Below are positions 13,186-28,110 of a DNA stretch of 64,000 nt, piece by piece (within the stretch, counting starts at the first letter, position 1; each line of letters starts with the position of its first letter). The notes beneath the pieces are model-generated. The model did no database searches and was not told the origin of the DNA. It worked only from the letters and a program-made list of their open reading frames with translations. The translations under genes and the position numbers were made by a program. Origin of the DNA: Octopus vulgaris (Eukaryota); NCBI GenBank assembly GCA_951406725.2, contig OX597817.1:163494001-163558000 (forward strand), given 5' to 3'.

Positions 13186-13521
13186 GTGAAGGCGCGTGGC
13201 TCAGTGGTTAGAGCGTCGAGCTTACGATCGTGAGGTTGTGAGCTCGAATCCCGGACCGGGCTGCGTGTTGTGTTCTTGAGCAAGACACTTTATTTCACGT
13301 TGCTCCAGTTCACTCAGCTGTAGAAATGAGTTGCGACGTCCCAGGTGCTAAGCTGTATCGGCCCCTTTGCCTTTCCCTTGCATAACATCGGTGACGTGGA
13401 GAGGGGAGGCCGGTATGCATGGGCGACTGCTGGTCTTCCATGAAACAACCTTGCCCAGACTTGTGCCTCAGAGAGAAACTCTCTAGGTGCAAACCCATGG
13501 TCAGTGTCTGACCGAAGGGGG
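13186..13521 (+). mobile_element. SINE-A, H2-type head + distinct tail T4
   Basis: tRNA-like head and CORE-like region as at 9510, then unrelated 3' sequence. Inserted in (TATG)n. Confidence 0.85.
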
Positions 13522-13878
13522 TATGTATGTATGTATGTATGTATGTATGTATGTATGTATGTATGTATGTATGTATGTATGTATGTATGTATGTATGTAT
13601 GTATGTATGTATGTATGTATGTATGTATGTATGTATGTTTGTTTTTATGTCATAAAGACAATTTTTCATAAAACGGAAGGATTACTTAATACTTTTTGCC
13701 GAGTATACATTTATTAATCTCTTACAAGAATAGTACTGACAGTGACTTCGAAATTTCGGCCTGGTAACTAATTACCGGATTGATGTATACATATATGATT
13801 AATAGTTTTTGTATGCGTAAAATAATGTAGCTATATTCCGTGGAGAATATCCATGATACAAATATATGCGAGGGAGCC

Positions 13879-13943
<65 letters not shown>

Positions 13944-14181
13944 CCTATCTATCTATCTATCTACCTACCTACCTACCTACCTAAATACATACATACATAC
14001 ATACATACATACATACATACATACATACATACACACACACATACATACCTACATACACACACACATACATACATACATACATACATACCTACATACATAC
14101 ATACATACATACATACATAAATACATACATACATACATACATACATACATACATACATACATACATACATACATACATACA

Positions 14182-14215
<34 letters not shown>

Positions 14216-14942
14216 CATGCATACATGTATGAAGACAGTCTGTTCTAACACAGAGCTTGACCACACCTAAATACATACATACATACATACATACCTACAT
14301 ACACACACACATACATACATACATACATACATACATACATACCTACATACATACCTACATACATACATACATACATACATACATACATACATACATACAT
14401 ACATACATACATACACACATACATACATACATACATACCTACATACATACAAACATACATACATACACACACACACATACATACATACATACATACATAC
14501 ATACATACATACATACCTACATACATACATACCTACATACATACATACATACAAACATACATACAAACATACATACCTACATACATACATACATACATAC
14601 AAACATACATACATACAAACATACATACATACATACATACATACATACAAACATACATACATACAAACATACATACATACATACATACAAACATACATAC
14701 AAACATACATACCTACATACATACATACCTACATACAAACATACATACATACAAACATACATACATACATACATACAAACATACATACAAACATACATAC
14801 ATACACATACATACATACATACATACATACATACATACATACATACATACATACATACATACATACATACATACATACATACATACATACATACATACAT
14901 ACATGTATGAAGACAGTCTGTTCTAACACAGAGCTTGACCAC
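13879..14942 (+). repeat. Compound (ATCT)n/(ATAC)n microsatellite with a tandem-duplicated unit
   Basis: Unique 39-mer tgtatgaagacagtctgttctaacacagagcttgaccac at 14226-14264 and 14904-14942. Confidence 0.9.
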
Positions 14943-15373
14943 TTCAAGAACAATCACAGCTCTAGCTCTTCAACTGAGAACAGATATGGCTTTTGAGGCC
15001 GGAGACTCTCTAGACAAACTTTCCACAAATATTGCAAACATGTCTCAGATCTGAATCTGTTATTTCATTGTGCCTCTTTAGACATGGTGGGCTTAATGTT
15101 GTTCCCGTGTGATTGTAAATGAGATTTTAGACCATATTTTTTGAGAGGCAGTTCCTGCCAGATACCTCGCAATGATATGAAGTGGCCCAAGGTGTCGGAA
15201 AATTCCTCTTTACGCAATTTTCTTTTCGGTTTACGATGTTTGATTTACTTGCTTTTAAATGCTCTTACTTAAATGCTGTTATTAATTTCTCTAGTTCAAA
15301 TAGTTCGTTTACCTTTGTGATGCAGAGACAAAATTCGACCCACTAATGACACTACTGACACGGACGTTTACAA

Positions 15374-15423
<50 letters not shown>

Positions 15424-15442
15424 CATATATATATATATATAT

Positions 15443-15664
15443 ATCACTTTGATCACTTTGACCGACCAGTCCGCCAGGCGTCCATTTGACACCGCTGGTC
15501 ACAGCACGCTGTCCACTCCTCTCTGGATCGTGCCTTTCTCATCCACGTGATCCCAATCGTCCTCTTGAAATCGTCACTCCACCGTCGTGGAGGTCTTCCG
15601 GGTGGTCTTTTCCGCTCACGCGGGTACCACTCGACAACTGCGTGCGTCCACCGATTATCTCGGC
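15443..15664 (-). mobile_element. RTE-clade LINE, 5'-truncated 3' end
   Basis: Translates RDNRWTHAVVEWYPRERKRPPGRPPRRWSDDF...W, typical of an RTE ORF C-terminus. Ends in (caaagtgat)x2 within (CA)n(AT)n. Confidence 0.85.
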
Positions 15665-15705
15665 ACACACACACATATATATATTTATATACGTACACTA
15701 TTGGC

Positions 15706-16627
15706 TTCCATACAGTCTACAAAATTCACTCATAGGTCACTAATTGGCCCGGGGCTATAGTAGAAGGCACTTACCGAAGGTGATGTGCTATTATATTGAA
15801 TACGAGACCCAGAAGTTGTAAAGTGAGCTTGTTAATCATGTAGCTATGCCTGCACCTCTACTGTATATAGCGGTCATGCTGGAGTATCGCCTTTAGTCGA
15901 ACAAATCCACTTCAGGACTTTTTCTTTGTAAGCCTGATACTTATTCGATAGTTGTTTTTGCCGTTACATTACGGGGACATAAACACACCAACATTGGTTG
16001 TCAAGCGATGGTGGGGGTAGAACCGTAGACACACACACACACACACTCATATACAATACGACAAGCTTCTTTCAGTTTCCGCCTACCAAATCCACGCACA
16101 AGGCTTTGATCAGCCCGAGGCTATAGTAAAAGACACTTGCCCAAGGTACCACGCAGTGGAATTGATCCCGGAACGTTGTGGTTGGTAAGGAAGCTACTTC
16201 CGCGACTATACTCTTTACTCTTTTTTACTCTTTTACTTTTTCAGTCATTTGACTGCGGCCATGCTGGAGCACCGCCTTTAGTCGAGCAAATCGACCCCGG
16301 GACTTATTCTTTGTAAGCCCAGTACTTATTCTATCGGTCTCTTTTGCCGAACCGCTAAGTGACGGGGACGTAAACACACCAGCATCGGTTGTCAAGCAAT
16401 GCTAGGGGGACAAAAACAGACACACAAACATTTACACACACAGTTATATACATATACATATATACAACAGGCTTCTTTCAGTTTTCCGTCTACCAAATCC
16501 ACTCACAAGGCATTGGTCGGCCCGGGGCAATAGCAGAAGACACTTGCCCAAGATGCCACGCAGTGGGACTGAATCCGGAACCATGTGGTTGGTTAGCAAG
16601 CTACTTACCACTCAGCCACTCCTACGC
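15706..16627 (-). mobile_element. Cluster of three SINE-B copies (15706-15857 partial, 15866-16200, 16210-16627 near-intact)
   Basis: Shared gaagacacttgcccaag and gctggagcaccgcctttagtcga blocks, with an internal CA/AT microsatellite. Confidence 0.85.
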
Positions 16628-17739
16628 CTATATTTATTTATATTTTACAACTCTTAATATTTATATTTGCATGCGAATTTGCAAAATTGTATGCTGATTC
16701 GATGTATTTTCTGCTTTATTTTTATATCACAGAAGTGTGAGAGAGAGAGAGGGAGAGAAGGAAGGAGAGAGGAGGAGAAAGAGAGAGGGAGATAGAGACA
16801 AGGGGAGAAAGAGAAAGATAGGAGAGAGGAAAACAAATAGAGATAGGGAAAGAGAAAGAAGTAGAGAGAAAGAGGGATAGAAGCTGAAAAGTGGAAGAGA
16901 GAGGGTGAGAGTAAGATGAGAGGAAGACGAAGCTTGTTGCTAACTTCGTGCAGCTGTTTTACATTAATAAAATCTTAAGATAATTCCACCTCTGACATTT
17001 TATAATCTCTGCATTAAGCTTTCCAACATTTCATGATGTCGCCACTATCTTTTATTTTGATTTTTGCGTTTCAAAATGCAACCAAAAACCAATTCATAAT
17101 TTCCTTTTACTTGAATATTGGACATATTTAAAAGCAGAAAATGAAATATCATAATAGAAATACGTCTGCGGAAGTGGGCGTATTTATATTAAGATTCAGG
17201 TACTTGGTGTGTTCTAGAAAAATGAAGTGGACTTTGAAATTTTTTTCAAGCTGACAGTTCAAAAAATACTGCCTAAGGAACAGTCAGTAAATAAAGATAA
17301 GATGTTTACAAGGACAATCTGAGGTTATCAAGAGTTTCAATAGTATAAGTTGTTTTCCTACCGCCTGATACAATTTGCAAAGACAATGCAATGATTATAT
17401 AGCAGTGTGGTCATGAAAGGTCGCGTCGTAACCTTATGATTTCAGATTGGGTCTTTATGGTGCAACGCTTTTAGCATGCGTTTTCTACATATTGGAAGTT
17501 GTTTCGAGTTGACCGGGGATTCAGTGTACACACACACACGCACGGACGCACGTACGCACGCACGTACGCACGGACGCACGGACGCATGCACGCGTACACA
17601 CACACACTCACGCACGCACACTCACACACACATATTCTTACACATACTCACATACACATACACACGCGTATGTATACATACCTGCATATATATATATATA
17701 GTAACTCTTAATAAGTATATATATATATATATATATACA

Positions 17740-18013
17740 TGGAGGAGCAATGACCCAGTGGTTAGGGCAGCGGACTCGCGGTTTCGATTCCCAGACCGGG
17801 CGTTGTGTGTGTTTATTGACCGAAAACACCTAAAAGCTCCACATTCTCCGGCAGGGGGTGGTGATCCCTGCTGTACTCCTTCACCACTTTCTCTCACTCT
17901 TTCTTCTGTTGGCCTGCTCGCTTAGCCAGCGAAGGCTAAAACAATGCGAACGCATTGTGACCAGCGATGTGTACCAACATCTGATGGTCTGGTCGGTCAC
18001 GTGATCACGTGAT
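17740..18013 (+). mobile_element. SINE-A, head H1 + tail T3
   Basis: H1 as at 5718 with small deletions. T3 ends in cacgtgat x2. Inserted in (AT)n. Confidence 0.88.
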
Positions 18014-18224
18014 ATATATATATATATATATACATATATACATATATGTGTGTATGTATGTATGTATGTATGTAGGTAGGTAGGTAGGTATATGCGCCGG
18101 GCTTCCGCACGGGGCGACAGAAGAGAACACTTGTCCAAGGTGTCACAGTGGAATTGACGTCCGGAACTTCTTATCACAAAGCCACCCCTGCATACATACA
18201 ATGATAATACATACATATACTAGA

Positions 18225-18418
18225 TACTTTAAAGGTACCGTGAAAGGCCTGTTGGATGCTCAACCCTCCAAGTTCTTTTACAGGTCTTGGAAAAACTGAA
18301 GCACCGCTGCTGTAGATGTCTGAATCTGAGAGAGGAATACGTTGAATAAAGTCATAATCAATTGATCCGCTTGTATTTTGTTTTACCCAAAGCCAGGAAC
18401 TTTTCAGCAACCCTTCGT
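18225..18418 (-). mobile_element. mariner-type terminal fragment
   Basis: Minus strand starts acgaagggttgctgaaaagttc, which resembles a mariner TIR. Confidence 0.45.
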
Positions 18419-18426
18419 GTGTGTGT

Positions 18427-18471
<45 letters not shown>

Positions 18472-18527
18472 TGTATATGTGTATCTCTCTCTCTCGCTAT
18501 ACATACATACATACATACATACATACA

Positions 18528-18554
<27 letters not shown>

Positions 18555-18560
<6 letters not shown>

Positions 18561-18847
18561 TAGAAGAAATGAGGTACTCAGAAATCAGGATGGTTTTATA
18601 TTTACAGATATTTATTAGTATGTTACATGTTTTTATACATCATATATCATATATAATATATATTAGCGCTTTCGTCCATTCAATTTGAAGACTCCACTAG
18701 AATGGATGAAAGCGCTGTTATATGATATATAATATATGGTGTATAAAAACATGTAACACTAATAAATATCTGTAAATATAAAACCATCCAGATTTCTGAG
18801 TACCTCATTTCTTCTAATATATAATACCTGTATATCATCTTCAAACC

Positions 18848-18856
<9 letters not shown>
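18555..18856 (+). mobile_element. Hairpin element (arms of about 125 bp + 34-nt one-sided tail), Penelope-like inverted end
   Basis: 18555-18681 is the reverse complement of 18700-18822. Arm and tail both end in cttctaatat. Lies in (ATAC)/(AT)n. Confidence 0.6.
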
Positions 18857-18912
<56 letters not shown>

Positions 18913-18932
18913 ATATATATCAAGACTTGACC

Positions 18933-19083
18933 ACGGGAGAGTTTACGAAAAAAAAAAAACAAATCAACAAAAGACGAAGACAGGTGGTGTACGAAACAAA
19001 CAGATGTATTAGTATAACGCTCAGGAATAGAAAAAGTCTTTTACGTTTCGAGCCTACGCTCTTCTACAGAAAGGTCACACAGA
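18933..19083 (-). mobile_element. D2 element, hammerhead-like motif at 19038-19073
   Basis: Minus strand ctttctgtagaagagcgtaggctcgaaacgtaaaag. Confidence 0.6.
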
Positions 19084-19229
19084 CACTTGTGTGTTAACAA
19101 CAACAATAATAAAATTGATGGTGGGATGTTAGAAGTGCTGATCAAATGAACATTGATTCGAAACAACATTCTAAAATATAGTCAAACAATTATTCCTTTT
19201 GTTGCGGTCAAAGTAAAGAATCTTTCACG

Positions 19230-19420
19230 TGCCGACCTAATCGTGACGTCTAAACTACATACTTATTGGTCAAAATATAGTTAGCACTTAGTTGGCGCGC
19301 TAACCAAACCGTGACATGCTGATTGGTCAAAAAAGAATTTGTAAGATTCAGCTAGCTGAAGCCCATCGGAAGGTATTTAAAGGATGAATCCAGCCATTTC
19401 ACTACAGTTGTCAAATTGTG
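19230..19420 (+). promoter_or_regulatory. Candidate promoter/enhancer motif cluster
   Basis: CRE-like gtgacgtc, two reverse-CCAAT motifs (attggtcaaaa) and a TATA-like tatttaaa in non-repetitive DNA. Confidence 0.25.
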
Positions 19421-19599
19421 GAACCCTACTATCGTTACTACGTAAACCCGATGACTGCGTAATGCATGAAAGCACTAATTTATTTTCAATATTATTAAAT
19501 TGTAAAAATTACAATAAAACGTAAAAATCAGACTAAGTTGGTATTTCATTGATTAATATATATATATATATATATATATTTATACATGAGTGGGTGGGT

Positions 19600-19733
19600 G
19601 GGTGGTAAGAAGCTTACTTCCCAACCACATGCTTCTGGGTTCAGTCTTCTACTATAGTGTCTTCAATTATAGCCTCGGGCCGACTAAAGCCTTGAGAATG
19701 GATACGGTAGACGGAAACTGAAAGAAGCCCGTC

Positions 19734-19823
<90 letters not shown>

Positions 19824-20030
19824 ATGTGTCTGTGTTTGTCTCCCCACCATCTCTTGACAACCGATGTTAATGTGCTTGCGACCCCGTATCTTAGCGGTTC
19901 GGCAAAGGTAATCGATAGAATAAGTCCTAGGTTTACAAATAATAAGAACTGGGGTTGATTTGTTCAACTAAAGGCGGTGCTCCAGCATGGCCGTAGTCAA
20001 ATGATTGAAACAAGTAAACGAATAAAAGAA
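19600..20030 (+). mobile_element. SINE-B with expanded internal (AT)(GT) microsatellite
   Basis: Collinear with 43699-44100. Confidence 0.85.
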
Positions 20031-20065
20031 TATATATATATATATACACACACACATATATAATG

Positions 20066-20140
<75 letters not shown>

Positions 20141-20145
<5 letters not shown>

Positions 20146-20420
20146 AATTAAGGACTGAACACGAAAATTGGACAATCAACATGCTAGATATAGACGTCAA
20201 ATCGCCATTCTCCACAAAAGATTATGTTCTCAGATCTGAGAACATAATGTTTTGTGGAGAATGGCGATTTGACGTCTATATCTAGCATGTTGACTGTCCA
20301 CTTTTCGTGTTCAGTCCTTAATTGGTATATATAAATATTTTAATCTTCGGATTCTTTTTTTAATATGCTAGACCACTGGTTCTAATTGATAAATATCAAT
20401 TTCTACCCTAAATTAATTTT
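20141..20420 (+). mobile_element. Spacerless palindrome (94-bp arms, 20141-20328) plus one-sided tail
   Basis: Symmetry centre aga|tct at 20234/20235, few mismatches, flanked by (AT)n. Confidence 0.65.
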
Positions 20421-20430
20421 ATATAAATAT

Positions 20431-20507
<77 letters not shown>

Positions 20508-20510
<3 letters not shown>

Positions 20511-20704
20511 TAATCCAAACAAGAAAGCACAAAAAACACAACAACGCGAGGAAGTGGAACAAATATAGTATTATTGGACGCTCAGGAAAGAAGGAAAGAA
20601 GGAGGGTTTAACGTTTTGAGCGGAGCTCTTCGTCGGAAACATAGGAGAAGGAAAGATCCAGAGAAGAGAAGACAGAGGAAAAAAATCGCCAACGGTACAC
20701 ACGA
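20508..20704 (-). mobile_element. D1 element (GAAA of the hammerhead motif mutated to AAAA)
   Basis: Near-identical to 50050-50252. Confidence 0.65.
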
Positions 20705-20776
20705 TATAGATGTATGTATGTATGTATGTATGTATGTATGTATGTATGTATGTATGTATGTATGTGTGTATATAAC

Positions 20777-21128
20777 TTAGAGAAAAACCACCTTTTATCA
20801 ATTCAACAATGAAATAACAATGATATAATTAAATTATACCATATAGAAAAAATTAAATATACGATAAAACATGCACCAATAATTAATAATTGGTAACTTA
20901 TATATTTTATTAATTATTTTGTACTTTACTTAATTATTGGCATATGTTTTATCGTATATTTAATTTTTTCTATATGGTATAATTTAATTATATCATTGTT
21001 ATTTCATTGTTGAACTGATAAAAGGTGGTTTTTCTCTAATTTATATACATATATTATATATTGTGAAATTTGATTTAGTTTTATTAAATTGAATTTTTCC
21101 CTGTAAGTTTCGAATAAATTTCCCTATT
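20777..21128 (+). mobile_element. Hairpin element (arms of about 110 bp) with tail
   Basis: ttagagaaaaaccacc... and ...ggtggtttttctctaa arms. Tail aaattgaatttttccctgtaagttt shared with 49392-49546 and 57436-57510. Confidence 0.65.
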
Positions 21129-21217
21129 ATTATTATTATTATCATCATCATCAATATTATTATTATTATTATTATTATTATCATCATCATCAATATTATT
21201 ATTATTATTATTATTAT

Positions 21218-21362
21218 ACGAGGTTGACTTTGCCTTTCACCCTTTCGGGGTTGATAAATTAAGTGCCAGTTACGCACTGCGGTCGATATAATCGACTTAA
21301 TCCGTTTGTCTGTCCTTGTTTGTCCCCTCTGTGTTTAGCCCCATGTGGGCAATAGAGAAATA
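21218..21362 (+). mobile_element. 5'-truncated SINE-C (tail C1) in (ATT)n
   Basis: Reverse complement of the 8515 array unit. Confidence 0.88.
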
Positions 21363-21571
21363 AAAAAAAATTATTATTATTAATATATATACAAAATGGA
21401 ACAAGAACGCAAAACGCTTCGCGAGGTGTGCAAATCGTTAGTAACTCTTAAAATATGATTATACTCACACACACATTCACACCCATACATATATATGTGT
21501 GCGTGAATACGTGTGCATGTGTGTGTATGTGTGTGTGTGTGTGTGTGTGTGCGTGTGCGTGTGCGTGTGTG

Positions 21572-21639
<68 letters not shown>

Positions 21640-22477
21640 TAAACGTCCGTGTCAGTAGTTTCATTAGTGGGCCGAATTTTGTCTCTGCATCACAAAGGTA
21701 ACGGAACTATTTGAACTATAGAAATCAATAACATAAGTACCAGGACGAAATAACTGCTGAGAGAGGGTGGTAATATGATCAGCTAACATCTTTGAAGGTA
21801 GTACTGCAGAATGGTTGCGGTCCAATCACTGAAATTAGAAAAAGAATAACAGACTATGGAGTAATGATACAGTAATATACAAATGCCACATGATTATATT
21901 AAATATACTACATGATTTTAGGAAGGTAGAAAGAAAAGAGAAAGATGTTCAATGCCTTTATGAAGTACATCTTCCTTTCGTACGAAAAGGTAGTCATGTG
22001 TCTTATAATTAGAAAGAAAAGAAGTTGTGGGGTTCATCATTTTCTGAAGTCTGTTATTAAAGTATTGACAAATGGCACCAGTTACGCATCGAAGCTGAAT
22101 TTTAAAATCGGTTCTTCAAGAACATCGAACTTGATCATGCTGCCCATTGCTGAAAGAGTAATGTGCTAGATATGTACGTCCGCATGGAAGATGATTTAGT
22201 AGAAAGTGGTAACTCGGAGATCTGGGAATCTCTCCAAATCGAGCCGCATTGAAAAATCTGGCATTACGGATATGTGGTTAGAATGAGGTACACCAGTGTC
22301 ACTCTGATGGCATGCACTGCTCTCTCACTTAATAATGATAATAATAATAATAATAATCGTGAATCCTATATATCAGAAGATCCTAAATCCCGGCCCGTGG
22401 GCCAGTATCATGTTGTGGATCATTTAGTACCGGGCTGCACAGAAAGAACACATTTAAAAAATTTATTTCTATTTTGA

Positions 22478-22655
22478 CTGGAATTTGAGGGGAGGGGGAT
22501 GGTCGATCACATGGACGTCAGTACTTGACTGGTTACTTAATTTATCGACCCCAAAAGGATGAAAGGCAAAGTCGACCGCGGCAGAATTTGAACTCAGGAC
22601 CTAAGGACGGACGAAATACTGCTAAGTATTTTTCCCGGCGTGCTAACGATTCTGT
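22478..22655 (-). mobile_element. SINE-C (tail C2)
   Basis: aaaggatgaaaggcaaagtcgac core. Confidence 0.75.
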
Positions 22656-23577
22656 AACAAAAATAGTAATAGTAACAACAATAATCCGGTGTTTGAAAGA
22701 AAATAATAATAGAAATGTAAAAGTTAAAACTTTCCAGCATCACCTACTCGACGGTTACCCTGTCAGATGAACGGTTAACTGAAAAGGTATATACAACCAG
22801 AGAAGTTCACTGGTCAGTGATTATTTAAAATATGTTCTGCCAATTCTTGTACATACGTAGAATGCATATGAAACGTTAGACATCGATATACATCGTCAAT
22901 TCGTGTGTTGAAAAAAATCATGTGTCTAAGAAGGGTCATTACGCCAATAAAACGTAGAAGAAATACACGCACTGGTTCAATAATACTTCATTATTTCATC
23001 AACTAATTGGTTTATTCAATGTGTTGATTGAACAATTGTATACATACAAACACACACACTCATACATACACACATATACATACATACATACATACATACA
23101 TACATACATACATACATACATACATACATACATACATACATACATACATACATACATACATACATACATACATGCATAGGTGCAAGACTAGTTCTTAGAC
23201 AGACTCAAGGCAAACCATGAAGACAGCGGACATGTCATTGATGAGGTTACGAATCGCGACGAAAGGATTCTGACAGAGAAATCCAAAACACGATTGATTG
23301 TTCAACCTACACATTAAATAAGCCAATGATATTGAACCAGTGCGTGTGATTATTTCAACTGCTATTGGCTTAAAGAACCTCCCTAGACACAACATTATTA
23401 TAAACTTTCAGTTATGCAACGAACAACACGATAATAAATTAGAAATGCTTGGCAGTAAACTATAAAACTTCAATCAAGTCACGTTTGCAACACCATATGT
23501 CATTAAAGAAAGCAGAATCCCATTTATAAAAATTACATTTGTTTACACGTGTATATAGAGAACCTATCAGAGAACCA

Positions 23578-23772
23578 CGCCATGATAGATCGTCAGCCAC
23601 TACTCACATTTTTTTCTTTCCTTGTTTCTCTCCTTGTTTTTTCCGTATCCCTTTCTGTAGAAGAGCGTAGGCTCGAAAAGTAAATGACTTTTTCTATTCC
23701 TGAGCGTTATACTATTACATCTGTTTGTTTTGTGCACCACCTGTCTTAGTCTTTTGTTTTTTCGTAAACTCT

Positions 23773-23775
<3 letters not shown>
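23578..23775 (+). mobile_element. D2 element, hammerhead-like motif at 23651-23686
   Basis: ctttctgtagaagagcgtaggctcgaaaagtaaatg, followed by (AT)n. Confidence 0.6.
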
Positions 23776-23838
<63 letters not shown>

Positions 23839-23885
23839 TGATAGATCCCTCTGATTAATGGCCTTGTGCCACATCTTGAAATCAC

Positions 23886-24092
23886 AAAGGCAGCGAGCTA
23901 GCTGAATCGTTAGCACTTCGGACAGAATGCTTAGCTGCATTTCGTCCGTCTTTACGTTCTGAGCTTAAATTCGGCCGAGGTCCACTTTGCCTTTCATCTT
24001 TTTGTGGTCGAGAGAATAAGTACCAGTTGAACACTGAGGTCGATGTAATCGACTTCAATGATATTGCTGGGAGCGTTCCAAACTTTGAAATA
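23886..24092 (+). mobile_element. SINE-C, diverged
   Basis: aaggcagcgagctagc head plus core. Confidence 0.75.
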
Positions 24093-24130
24093 ATAATAAT
24101 TATCATCATCATTGTTATCGTCATCATCAT

Positions 24131-25428
<1,298 letters not shown>

Positions 25429-25437
25429 TATTATCAT

Positions 25438-25915
25438 TGAGCGAGAGAGCAGCGCATGCCATCAAAGTGACACTGGGGTAAAATATACGAAGCCCAGTAT
25501 ACCCATCATGACTACCTGTCTGATAAGAGTACACCAGACACATACATCACAACCATATGTGCGCGACATGGTGATCTCATAACAAGATAAATAGCGCATG
25601 ACCTTGCGGGTGGGGCCCAGTTAGAATTTTCTTCTGGTTGGGTAATCCATCCCACTCAAAAGGTCCCTGATTAAAGGTTGTTTAAGGATGTTGAATGAAA
25701 CACCCATGTTTCCAGAGGTGAATTATTCAAACCCCAAAGAATCCCTCTCAACACATGGCTATGATGCTCCCCCACTACTTCTGCTCGTGATTAGAGATGC
25801 ACATATTGTCAGCCACTGAGGGACATGCTCAACTTGTTACGGTCAAGCAACTGACAAGCAAATCTGGGGTATTGAGCAGAATATTTGCTGTAGCCAACTT
25901 TTATACCAAGACAGG
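25438..25915 (-). mobile_element. Unclassified retroposon 3' fragment in (AAT)n
   Basis: 3' end ccagtgtcactttgatggcatgcgctgctctctc + (aat)n also occurs at 22293-22355 on the + strand. Confidence 0.55.
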
Positions 25916-25974
<59 letters not shown>

Positions 25975-25975
<1 letters not shown>

Positions 25976-26217
25976 TTATTATCATTTTATGCTTGAATTT
26001 TGCTTTACATTTGTACAAGTTGGCTCCAAGTCTCACTCAGAGACCTCAAGAGACAACAAGTTGGAATTTCATGTTGGTGTTATGCCTAGGCTGCCATATA
26101 TTTGGTTTTGTACTTAGTGTTGCTCTAGTGAATGTTTAAGAAACCATAAGAAAATTATGTTTGTTTTAAAACTTGAGATTACATAGAAAGTATTTTGCTT
26201 AGGATATGAGCAGTTCC

Positions 26218-26220
<3 letters not shown>
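25975..26220 (-). mobile_element. Dong/R4-clade LINE 3' end
   Basis: Minus strand encodes GTAHILSKILSM-stop, like the R4/Dong C-terminal GTAHILRK motif. 3' end abuts (AAT)n. Confidence 0.65.
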
Positions 26221-26268
<48 letters not shown>

Positions 26269-28110
26269 TATTATTATTGTGTTGTTGTTGTTGTTGTTGT
26301 TATTGTTATTATTATTATTATTATCATGCATCGATGAAACTTATGTGTGTAGGGAGTCATTTTATGTTACAAAAGATGAATGTTATTGTCAGTGTTTATT
26401 TCACCACAATCTTTATCTTCATTAGAAAGGTCTGGAGACTCACAAAATGCGTCTGATTTTTCACATTCCATCACACACTGAAGCCGAAAGCTTTGATGAG
26501 GGAAGCTCTGATTCAAAAGTATACAAATGCCCAATAATGTGGTTTCAGTGAGAAACGTATCAGAAGTTTCAATAATGTAATTTGATGCGCCAGACCTGTA
26601 AAGTATATTTCAATGGAAGCTGAGCGGTATTCATAAATACCAATTACTATTGGCTGTGTACACGTTTATACTTATTTGCACACCACATGAGATAATGGGC
26701 AGGTATCTTTTTTAGCGGCCACTATGACACTATATATATATATATATATATTAATTTTACTTATATATACTTATATTAATTTCACTTACGCATAGCGATA
26801 CTAATAACCAGTTGTTAGAACTCAGCATACGTTTAAGAATAAAGCGTTAAATACATACATATATACATTTACATACATACGCACACATACACACATATAT
26901 ATGTATTTGTATATAAACTTGTATAATCCTCCGAGACTGAATGTGTGAGTGTGTGTGTGTATGAGTGTGCGTGCAATTGTGTGTGTGTGAATGTGCGAAT
27001 GTGTATATGTCTGTACGAGCTAGATACATCCTTGGGTGTACAATTTTTACGTTTTATGTATGGTAAAACCCCGTGTTCCAATGTTGAAACGGGAACCACT
27101 GTGTCGACGATACTTCGAAAATAAAAAAAAATTCCCATTAATTTTAAAGAGTCTTTTTTTATTGTTGGGTAAGTAGAGACTTTCTCAAATTTATCAGATG
27201 ATATATAATTAAAACCGTTTTCATTTTTATTGTGAACCAAGTAGGAGTCTAGTAAATGAAAGTCAACACAGTCCCTGGAAAAATGCCTTGAAATAAACAT
27301 GATTTTGTATTCAATGGAAATTATTTTTGATATAAAATATTTTGTCTGTTATTGAAAGGAGACGTTACAAATTAGATTAAATTCAAGTTAATTTTGCTTC
27401 CTCCAAATTTGAGCGGCCTAGCGTGGTTGCATTTTGTTTTTAAACAAAGCAAAACGTGTTAATATGAAGAATGCTTTGAAATAGAATTTTAAAAATAAGC
27501 AAATAAATAAACAAACAAACAAACAAGCAAATAAACAAATAAATAAATAAATAAATAAATAAAAGGGATGCGAGATCAGGTAGATGGGAATTATAAGAAT
27601 TATAGAAAAAGGTTATTATTTAGAATTCTTTACAGATGTTATAAATACGTATAAAGATGAATGATCGGCAGGCTGCCAATTGAATTAGCTTCAACATACA
27701 CAGAAGCGCTAATATTGTAAACATCTGCTTTTTACATTGATTTCTAAGGAAGGAGCAAACCATCTAATTCAGAGAATATCTGTAGTCGTTTATATGTTCA
27801 GTACTGGACTGGTTCTTATTTTATCGAACCCGGAAGAATGAAACGTAAAGTCGATACCCGTGTGGTCGATAAAAAAAGTGCCAGTCAAGTATTGCAGATG
27901 TTTACAATATTAACGTTTCCAAATATATATATCAATGCTAATTCCATTGGCGACCTCCCAATCATTCGTATTTACGTGTATTTATAGAATCTGTTGGGAA
28001 GTTTGAATAATAACAATTTTCTTTGATGCTTATATCTCATACCTGCCTGGTCTTACATTTTGTCTTCTATCCTCTAGTATTCTTTACATAAGCACGTTTT
28101 ACTTCGTATA

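Noticed and set aside
26330-27420. Possible Tc1/hAT transposase traces
   Set aside because: Motif matches are too weak to support without a profile search.
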